Source: an uncultured Opitutaceae bacterium (GTDB lineage Bacteria > Verrucomicrobiota > Verrucomicrobiia > Opitutales > Opitutaceae). From it: a DNA stretch of 64,000 nt. Of this stretch, positions 27,233 to 34,029 are shown one piece after another (position 1 is the stretch's first letter; each line of letters begins with the position of its first letter). The stretch covers positions 3,171 to 67,170 of the forward strand of contig CBFHXU010000001.1 of NCBI GenBank assembly GCA_965659875.1, in the 5' to 3' direction. A model generated the notes under the pieces. That model was not told the origin of the DNA. It was given only the letters and a program-made list of their open reading frames with translations, and did no database searches. The translations under genes and the position numbers were made by a program.

Positions 27233-28618
27233 ATGACCTGTACTGCCTTCAATCGTTCACGTGGATGGGTCGGGGTGGTGATGGGTCTCGCTGTAGGGAT
27301 TTCCGTTTCGTCCGGGGCTCCGGAATTGGAAAAACCCAACGTGATTGTGATCATGAGCGACGACCAAGGGTCGCTCGATCTGGGCGTGTATGGGGCCAAG
27401 GATCTGTACACGCCGCATCTGGATGGGTTGGCTCGTCGCGGGGTGATGTTCACCCAGTTCTACACCGGGTCCGCGGTGTGTTCGCCCTCGCGGGCGTCCT
27501 TGCTCACGGGCAAGACCCCACAAGGAGCAGGGCTGGAGACCAATGCCGGCGCGCACAAGGGGCGGGTGGGGTTGCCGCCCGAACAGGTTACGATCGCCGA
27601 GATGTTGAGCGAAGAGGGATATGCCACCGCCCATGTCGGCAAATGGCACTTGGGTAACGAGGCCCCGCGCCGACCTGACGACCAAGGGTTCGATTACTCA
27701 TTCGGGCACTACGTGGGGTGCATCGACAACTACTCTCATTTCTTCTACTGGGTGCCGCCCAACCGCCACGACCTCTGGGAAAACGGTGAGGAAATTTTTG
27801 AGAACGGGAAATATTTTCCAGGGCTTATGGTGGAACGCGCGCGTCGATTTATTGCGGCCAAACAGGACGAACCTTTTTTCATGTATTTCGCCCTGAACCT
27901 GCCGCACTACCCGCTGCAAGGATTGCAAAAGTGGCACGAATACTACGACCACCTGCCCATGCCCCGGCGGGACTATGCGGCGACGGTTTCGACCATTGAT
28001 GAACAGATTGGCCATCTGTTGGGCGAGCTCGAGGCTTACGGGGAGTTGGACAATACGATCATCATTTTCCTGTCTGATCATGGTCACTCCCATGAAGAAC
28101 GCACGTTTGGCGGCGGTGGTTGGGCGGGTGAGATGCGTGGTTCGAAATTTGGTTTCTTTGAAGCAGGGGTGCGCGTGCCGGCCATAATTGCCGGCCCGGG
28201 CGTGCCGTCCGGAGTAGTGGTCGAGAGTGCCGCGATGCAGATGGATATCTTTCCTACCATTGCCGATTTGGTGGGCGTAAACGAACTGCCCGAAGGCGTG
28301 GAAGGCACGAGTTTGGTGCCGACGTTCACGCGAGACGAACCCTCCCGGGACACCATGCACTGGCGCATCAATCAACATTGGGCGGTGCGCCAGGGGGATT
28401 GGAAATTGCAGGTGAATCCTCGTGATGAGTCGAAACTCTATCCGTTGGATCCCGTAGCCGACAAAGTCTTCTTGTCCAACATCGCGATGGATCTCAGCGA
28501 GAAAGACAATCTAGCGGACAGGTATCCTAATAAAGTCCGAGAGTTGATCGAAGTCCACCGCGGTTGGCAGCACTTTCAGTCCAAGGACTTCGCCGAGCTC
28601 CCGGCGAAGTGGCGTTAG
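27233..28618 (+). CDS. Sulfatase (S1, formylglycine-dependent)
   Basis: NVIVIMSDDQG and the canonical CSPSRASLLTG. AGGAGG lies 8 nt upstream of the ATG. Confidence 0.88.
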   Translation: MTCTAFNRSRGWVGVVMGLAVGISVSSGAPELEKPNVIVIMSDDQGSLDLGVYGAKDLYTPHLDGLARRGVMFTQFYTGSAVCSPSRASLLTGKTPQGAGLETNAGAHKGRVGLPPEQVTIAEMLSEEGYATAHVGKWHLGNEAPRRPDDQGFDYSFGHYVGCIDNYSHFFYWVPPNRHDLWENGEEIFENGKYFPGLMVERARRFIAAKQDEPFFMYFALNLPHYPLQGLQKWHEYYDHLPMPRRDYAATVSTIDEQIGHLLGELEAYGELDNTIIIFLSDHGHSHEERTFGGGGWAGEMRGSKFGFFEAGVRVPAIIAGPGVPSGVVVESAAMQMDIFPTIADLVGVNELPEGVEGTSLVPTFTRDEPSRDTMHWRINQHWAVRQGDWKLQVNPRDESKLYPLDPVADKVFLSNIAMDLSEKDNLADRYPNKVRELIEVHRGWQHFQSKDFAELPAKWR

Positions 28619-28659
28619 GGTGGCCTATCGAATGATCGGTGGGATTGTCGGGCGTAAAG

Positions 28660-28979
28660 GGCCAAGTGACAGGACATGCAGAACGCTTTTACCTCATGAA
28701 AGTGTCATCGAGCAGTAGCCCCCTAAGGTTGAAACCCGGGGTCGGCGACCCCGGCTACAGCACGCTTCGGGAGCCACAACAGTTGGTTGGTTGTAGCCGG
28801 GCTCGCTGAGCCCGGTCGGTGGAATGGGGAATGGGTTCGACCCCAGAATAGCCCCCGGTTTGCCGTCAAAAAGGACCGACGGGGCCTGTCCATCGTTCGC
28901 CTGGGACACTCCGAAAGATAACCAAGTGTTCTGCATCACCCGTCATCTGGGGCGTTCTGCATCATGTGTCATCTCGCCT
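28660..28979. mobile_element. 320-bp MITE-like insertion inside a REP hairpin, flanked by a GTAAAG direct duplication
   Basis: GTAAAG occurs at 28654-28659 and at 28980-28985. Removing the insert plus one copy restores ttgtcgggcGTAAAGcccgacccac, nearly identical to the intact REP at 23-48. The termini are imperfect inverted repeats (about 20/27 positions, shared ATGCAGAACGC). No ORF. Confidence 0.6.
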
Positions 28980-29016
28980 GTAAAGCCCGACCCACAAGGA
29001 GCGTTTTATGAGGTAG

Positions 29017-29035
29017 GTCGGGCTTTACGCCCGAC
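29017..29035. repeat. REP-like hairpin, inverted copy (GTCGGGC-TTTAC-GCCCGAC)
   Basis: Exact reverse complement of 26-44. It forms an inverted pair with the interrupted copy at 28647-28991. Confidence 0.8.
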
Positions 29036-29045
29036 TTCCTATTTC

Positions 29046-29486
29046 CTAGCCCGTGATCACATTTTCACCCGACAGTCCAAACAGGGGCGCCGCTGCCAAG
29101 AGGTGGCGATCATTGGAGTAGATTTCTGGAAAACGTTCTTCGGTTGCACTGGCGAGGTGCAGGGCATCGGCAGCGCGTAAGAAAAGATCGGCGGGAGCTT
29201 TGGAGAAGGCGGTAGCAATGCGTTGCAGGTGGTGATCGGAAATGGGTAACCAGTGCAGCGCGCCGGCCTGTTGATCGGTTTCGATTTGTTCGAGCAGAGC
29301 TTTGATTTGAACCTTGGTGGCATGTCCTTCGCGAAACTTGCGATGGGCAGCCGCGATGAGCTCGGCCTTTCCGTGGAGGGAACAAACAATCACGTCGATG
29401 TTCGACGCGTGGGTCCGAACAGCGTCACTGCCGTTTTCGGACCAATAGAGTTTAAGCAGAAATGCGGTGTCGCAGGCGTCCACCAA
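29046..29486 (-). other. VapC-like PIN domain segment of the chimeric ORF (potential internal TTG/GTG starts at 29486/29483)
   Basis: The codons TTG GTG GAC GCC TGC GAC ACC sit exactly where a stand-alone PIN toxin would begin. No VapB-like ORF lies upstream. Confidence 0.55.
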
Positions 29487-30296
29487 GGCGGTGATTTCGT
29501 GGTCCTGTTTCACATCGGGACCCGCAATGATCCAGGGAATCTCGAGCTCTACCATACCTTCACCACCGTGTTGGGTGCCGTGTCCACCGTGATCAGAAGT
29601 GAGCAAAATGAGCGTGTCTTCCGAAACGCCGGTTTGATCGATGGCAGCTACGATTTGACCCAAGATTTGGTCCGTCTCTCGCACGGCAAAAAGATAAGGT
29701 TCACTGAGCCAGGTTTTCTGATGGCCCGCATGATCCACGTGGTCGAGGTGGATGAAGGTGAAGGTGGGCTTGTTCGCGACAAAATACTCCGTGGCGGAGG
29801 CGGTAGTGGCGAAGGCGGCGTTGGAGGTATGTTTGTCTCCGGGAGGATTTACGACGATGTCACAGGCCTCGGTTTCGATGAGTCGGGCGAGTCCCTTCCA
29901 GTCGTGAAACAGCGCGATGTTCGCATTCGGACGTTGATCCCGTAGCAGGGAGAAAATGGTGGGGAACAGACCACCCGCGCCGCGGGCGGTAGGCTCAATG
30001 GTGTAGTTGTCCAACTGCCACTGGTTGGAAGTCACGCCGTGTTGCTCTGGTCCCGCGCCCGAAATCATGGATTTCCAATTGGGGCTGCTGCTGATGGGCA
30101 TCACGGCGCGGGCGTGCCAGGTGTGGGATCCCCGTTTCGCGAGTCGGTCGATATTTGGCGTATCGGTAAGATGGATCCCTTGCGGGCTGAGGCCGTCCAC
30201 TCCGATTACGACGACATGGGTGGCGAGTGGAGTTGGGTTGGCGGAAAGGGAGGTGCCGATTGCCATCAAGCCCAAGAGAATTATAAAGCGAATCAT
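29046..30296 (-). CDS. Chimeric ORF: signal peptide + truncated nucleotide pyrophosphatase/phosphodiesterase (alkaline phosphatase superfamily) fused in frame to a VapC-like PIN domain
   Basis: N-terminal part: VVVIGVDGLSPQG, FIHLDHVDHAGHQ, LLTSDHGGHG, IPWIIAGP. From about aa 271: (L)VDACDTAFLLKLYWSENGSDAV ... LRAADALHLA ... IYSNDRHLLAAAPLFGL, a full-length PIN domain with all four acidic positions present. Confidence 0.7.
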   Translation of the reverse strand: MIRFIILLGLMAIGTSLSANPTPLATHVVVIGVDGLSPQGIHLTDTPNIDRLAKRGSHTWHARAVMPISSSPNWKSMISGAGPEQHGVTSNQWQLDNYTIEPTARGAGGLFPTIFSLLRDQRPNANIALFHDWKGLARLIETEACDIVVNPPGDKHTSNAAFATTASATEYFVANKPTFTFIHLDHVDHAGHQKTWLSEPYLFAVRETDQILGQIVAAIDQTGVSEDTLILLTSDHGGHGTQHGGEGMVELEIPWIIAGPDVKQDHEITALVDACDTAFLLKLYWSENGSDAVRTHASNIDVIVCSLHGKAELIAAAHRKFREGHATKVQIKALLEQIETDQQAGALHWLPISDHHLQRIATAFSKAPADLFLRAADALHLASATEERFPEIYSNDRHLLAAAPLFGLSGENVITG

Positions 30297-30311
30297 CGAG
30301 AAGGAGGGTAG

Positions 30312-30322
30312 GGAAACGTTGT
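30312..30322. promoter_or_regulatory. Weak operator-like site GGAAACGTTGT
   Basis: 16 nt upstream of the ATG at 30296. It resembles 38621-38631. Confidence 0.2.
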
Positions 30323-30419
30323 CTGGGAGGCAGGGGCGGAGGGCTCGGCGATTCCTGCGCCGCTTGAGTTTTGGCGAGACAGGCCGTCCCTACCTTTGGG
30401 GTTTCCGTGCGAATGGATT

Positions 30420-32321
30420 CTATCGCACCTGGCGGGTGGTGCCTTCGAGTTGGTTGAGGGCACGGTTGATGACGCGCACGACGTATTTGCCGCCTTGCTC
30501 GAGTTCCTCGCGTGGTTCGAGGGCGGCGTGCATGGCCGCGAGCACCGGGCGGGCCTGGTCATCGATTTCGTCGAGCACGTTGGCGGCGTGCAGACGCTCC
30601 CATTGCGCGCCGGTATCGAGCACGGCCGTGAGCACGGGCAGTGCTTTGGCGGGCTTACCTAAATTACACAGCGCGCGGGCGGCAGCGACTTGCACGATTA
30701 CGTCGGGATCCTCTAGGGCCCGGGCGAGTCGGGCGGCGGTTTGGTTGGCTGCGGGTTGACCGATGTTGCCGATACCGATGGCGCCCCAGTAGCGAACGGA
30801 AGATTGGGGGTCGTCGAGCGCGGCGATCAGTTCAGGCAGTGCATCCGGTCCATTGGAGGCCTGGTTAGCGATGTGAGCGAGGCGTGAGGAGAAGGTGGGG
30901 TCGTCGTTTTGCCGCAGGATGTCGTAGCGGTTGCCGAGACGTTTTTCCTCGGTGACGAGAATGGGCTCGGGAATGAGGCCGGTGTCCCGGGTATCGCGGA
31001 CCCACTGGAGGTGAACCTCGCGGAGGCGGGCGAGGGTGGACGCGTAGGCCGGGTCGTTGGCGAGGTTGTTGATTTCATGCGGATCTGAACCGACTTCATA
31101 GAGCTCTTCGACCGGTTTGCTGGGGGCGAAGAATAAGGACGGAATCGGGGCAAGTTGCCCGGCATCATGGAGGCGGCGAAGGTCGGCCATGGTCGTGCCC
31201 TTTTCCGGCGTATTCATGTATTGGTAAAACGTCTTGAGCGGCTCGTAGTTGCGGATGTAGCGGAAGCGTTGATCGCGCACCATGCGGATGATGTCGTAAC
31301 GCTCATCCATGCGATCGCGGGCACCGTAGATGTATTGGCGGGCGGCGGGGAGATCGGGGCCGAGGAAGGGTTGTCCCTGCAGGTAGTCGGGTAGGTCGAT
31401 GCCGGCGAGGTTCAGCACGGTGGGGGCAAAATCGATCGAGCTGATGAGTTGGGAATCGACGGTGCCGGGAGTGATCTGTCCGGGGGTGCGGTAGGCCTCG
31501 GGAACGCGCACGGCGAGCGGGATGTGGGTGCCGGATTCGTAGAGCCAACGTTTGCCGCGGGGCAGCCCGATCCCGTGGTCGGACCAAAAGAAGATGATGG
31601 TGTTTTCGTAGAGTCCGTCGTCCTTGAGCTGTTGGATGAGGTCACCCGCCCACGTGTCCATGGCGGTGATGAGTTCGTAGTTACGCTTCCAGTTTTCGCG
31701 GGCGGCAGGCGTTTCGGGATAGTAGGGCGGGTAAGTGGTGAGGGCTGACGGATCCTGCCGGTGTTCGGGAGCGAGGTCGGCGGTGACGTCGTTATACTTG
31801 GAATCGCTTTGAATACCACTCTCGTGGGTGCCGCCGAAGTTGAAGACGGCGAAAAAAGGTTGGTCTTTGTTCGGCCGGTTGCGCCAGTGACCCGTGCCGC
31901 TGGAGTCGTCCCAAGCGCCTTTGGTGGCAGGTTCGTCCTTGGGGAGTTGGTAATCGGTTTTGCTGTTGTTGGAGGTATAGTACCCGGCCCGACGGAGATA
32001 GGTGGGAAACAACTCGATGTGGTCCGGCAAGTAGGCCGCACTGCGCATATGTTGGGTGCCAATGGAGGACTGATACATGCCGGTAATGATCGCGCTGCGA
32101 ACGGGGGCGCAGACGCCCGCACTGGTGTAGGTGCGATTGAAGACGACACCCTCGTTGGCCAGCTGGTCGAGGTTCGGCGTGATGGCATGAGGGTCACCCA
32201 TGAAGCCGATGTGCGGGCTGATGTCTTCGGTGCTGAGCCAGAGGATATTGGGGCGATCCGCGGCGGAGGCGATTAGACCGGATATGGCGAACAGGACGGA
32301 AAAAACGGAACGGAATTTCAT
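30420..32321 (-). CDS. Sulfatase with C-terminal HEAT repeats
   Basis: RPNILWLSTEDISPH, canonical CAPVRSAIITG, and C-terminal HEAT-like units (DDPQSSVRYWGAIGIGNIG, LEDPDVIVQVAAARALCNLG). ATG at 32321 (MKFRSVFSVLFAISGLIASA). Confidence 0.85.
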   Translation of the reverse strand: MKFRSVFSVLFAISGLIASAADRPNILWLSTEDISPHIGFMGDPHAITPNLDQLANEGVVFNRTYTSAGVCAPVRSAIITGMYQSSIGTQHMRSAAYLPDHIELFPTYLRRAGYYTSNNSKTDYQLPKDEPATKGAWDDSSGTGHWRNRPNKDQPFFAVFNFGGTHESGIQSDSKYNDVTADLAPEHRQDPSALTTYPPYYPETPAARENWKRNYELITAMDTWAGDLIQQLKDDGLYENTIIFFWSDHGIGLPRGKRWLYESGTHIPLAVRVPEAYRTPGQITPGTVDSQLISSIDFAPTVLNLAGIDLPDYLQGQPFLGPDLPAARQYIYGARDRMDERYDIIRMVRDQRFRYIRNYEPLKTFYQYMNTPEKGTTMADLRRLHDAGQLAPIPSLFFAPSKPVEELYEVGSDPHEINNLANDPAYASTLARLREVHLQWVRDTRDTGLIPEPILVTEEKRLGNRYDILRQNDDPTFSSRLAHIANQASNGPDALPELIAALDDPQSSVRYWGAIGIGNIGQPAANQTAARLARALEDPDVIVQVAAARALCNLGKPAKALPVLTAVLDTGAQWERLHAANVLDEIDDQARPVLAAMHAALEPREELEQGGKYVVRVINRALNQLEGTTRQVR

Positions 32322-32337
32322 GTAAAAACGGGACGGA

Positions 32338-33870
32338 TTATTCCTGACCAATGTTGACGGCGGCGACTTCGGGAGCGTTATCGGCGATGTCGTGATCGAG
32401 GGCATCGTAGCGGGCGATCATCTCCGCCAATTTGTCGGGCATCGATTCGGCCAAATCCTTGGTTTCAGAGCGGTCTTGCACGATATTGTAGAGCTCCCAC
32501 TGCTTGATGTTTTTCTGCCAGGAAATCTTCCAGTCGCCGTGGCGCAGGGCGCGATTGCCACCGAAGAATTGCCAGAGTTCGCGCGGACCGCCGGTTGATT
32601 TGCCTTTGAGGATGGGCATCAGTGATTGGCCGCGGAGAGGCGCGATGTCAGCACCGGCATAGGTTTCGGGGTAGGTGGCGCCAGCGAGTTCGTAGAGGGT
32701 AGGGGCGATATCGATAAGGTGGCCGGGGCCGTCGACGATGCGGCCGCCTTCGCCGTCGAGACCAGCGGGCCAGTGCATGATGAAGGGGGATGAAATCCCG
32801 CCCTCGTGTTGGTTCTGTTTATACCAACGGAAGGGCGTGTTACTGGCATGGGCCCAGCCTTCGTCGTAGGTCCAGTAGCTGGCGGCCGACCAAGGATCGA
32901 TCATGTTTTCCCGGGTGGGTTTTTCGGTGCGTTGGAAGGGGCAGCCGCCGTTGTCACTCAGGAAAATGAAGATGGTGTTGTCGAACTCGCCGCGCGCTTT
33001 GAGACGGTCAATCACGCGGCCAATGTTTTGGTCCACGCAATCAATCATGCCCGCGTAGGTCGCCATGGTGAGGTTGTGCTCTTTCCGCAGTTCGTCGCTG
33101 ATGGAATCCCAAGCGGGGACCTCGGGCGGTCGCTCCGAAAGCACGGCGTTTTCGTCGATGATGCCGAGCTCCTGTTGGCGCTGATAGCGGGATTTGCGCA
33201 GTTCGTCCCAGCCCATGTCGTAGCGACCGAGATACTTTTTCACGTCGGCTTCCTTGGCGTGCAGAGGGTAGTGGGGAGCGTTGTAAGCGAGGTAGAGCAG
33301 GAAAGGTTGGTCGCCACCCTCCGGGACTTCCTCATCGAGGAACATCAGCGCATGATCGGTCATGGCGTCGGTGGCATAAAAACCCTCGGGGATCGGGAAC
33401 GGTTTACCATCGAGACGGAAGGTGTCATAGCCCTTGGTGCTGACGCCGTTGAAGAAATTGACCGCCCCCGCGAGGTGTCCGAAGTAGCGGTCGAAGCCCT
33501 GTTCGGTGGGCTCGCCCAGCAGATGCCACTTGCCGCTCATGAGGGTTTTGTAGCCGGCAGTTCGCAACGTTTCGGCAAATGTCACCGAATTGCGGTGTTG
33601 GCCGGTGAAGGAAACCTCCGGGTAGTAGCGACCCGACAGCATGGTGGCTCGGGTTTGGGAGCATTTGGCGGTATTGTAGAACTGGCGAAAACGCAGGCCG
33701 TCGGCGGCGAGTTGATCGAGATGGGGGGTATCGATCTCACCGCCGTAGGGGCCGATGTCGGAATACCCGAGATCATCGGTGATGATCAGGACGATGTTCG
33801 GGCGTGGCGGCTCGGCGAAAGCTAATGAGGCGAGGCAGGCAAAGAGGAAAAAACGGAAAAGAAGACGCAT
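32338..33870 (-). CDS. Arylsulfatase-like enzyme with the non-canonical active-site motif CSQTR
   Basis: RPNIVLIITDDLGYSDIG, then KCSQTRATMLSG. Codons checked on the DNA: 33661-33663 Cys, 33655-33657 CAA Gln. Confidence 0.85.
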   Translation of the reverse strand: MRLLFRFFLFACLASLAFAEPPRPNIVLIITDDLGYSDIGPYGGEIDTPHLDQLAADGLRFRQFYNTAKCSQTRATMLSGRYYPEVSFTGQHRNSVTFAETLRTAGYKTLMSGKWHLLGEPTEQGFDRYFGHLAGAVNFFNGVSTKGYDTFRLDGKPFPIPEGFYATDAMTDHALMFLDEEVPEGGDQPFLLYLAYNAPHYPLHAKEADVKKYLGRYDMGWDELRKSRYQRQQELGIIDENAVLSERPPEVPAWDSISDELRKEHNLTMATYAGMIDCVDQNIGRVIDRLKARGEFDNTIFIFLSDNGGCPFQRTEKPTRENMIDPWSAASYWTYDEGWAHASNTPFRWYKQNQHEGGISSPFIMHWPAGLDGEGGRIVDGPGHLIDIAPTLYELAGATYPETYAGADIAPLRGQSLMPILKGKSTGGPRELWQFFGGNRALRHGDWKISWQKNIKQWELYNIVQDRSETKDLAESMPDKLAEMIARYDALDHDIADNAPEVAAVNIGQE

Positions 33871-33928
33871 CGGGGTAGGGGGTGACAGGCGATGGATTGA
33901 GGCCTGGATTGTTCAACCTACCCGGGAT

Positions 33929-33939
33929 GTAACCGTTGA
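33929..33939. promoter_or_regulatory. Operator-like site GTAACCGTTGA
   Basis: In the divergent region between the sulfatase operon (start 33870) and the metallophosphoesterase operon (start 34030). Core AACCGTT. Confidence 0.4.
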
Positions 33940-33959
33940 GGCAATATCCGGTTGGCACT

Positions 33960-33970
33960 GTAACGATTTC
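33960..33970. promoter_or_regulatory. Operator-like site GTAACGATTTC
   Basis: Same divergent region, 20 nt from the previous site. Confidence 0.3.
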
Positions 33971-34029
33971 GAGCGGGCAAGGTTCGCGGTTGGCTCCGGA
34001 CCGGTTGAAGTGTTTGGATCTTGTCTGTT

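Noticed and set aside
28833-28844. tRNA-like T-loop sequence GGGTTCGACCCC
   Set aside because: I could draw no acceptor, D or anticodon arms around it. It lies inside the MITE-like repeat element.
28694-28939. 81-aa ORF inside the MITE, and the 110-aa ORF at 41188-41520 inside the REP cluster
   Set aside because: They are translations of palindromic repeat DNA (for example the GLSEPGYN-type peptide from the CCGGGCTC hairpin), with no start context or family similarity.
30007-30759. 250-aa plus-strand ORF spanning the NPP-PIN start, the spacer and the sulfatase-HEAT 3' end
   Set aside because: It crosses an intergenic region, is antisense to two supported genes, and is Arg/Ser/Ala-rich low complexity.
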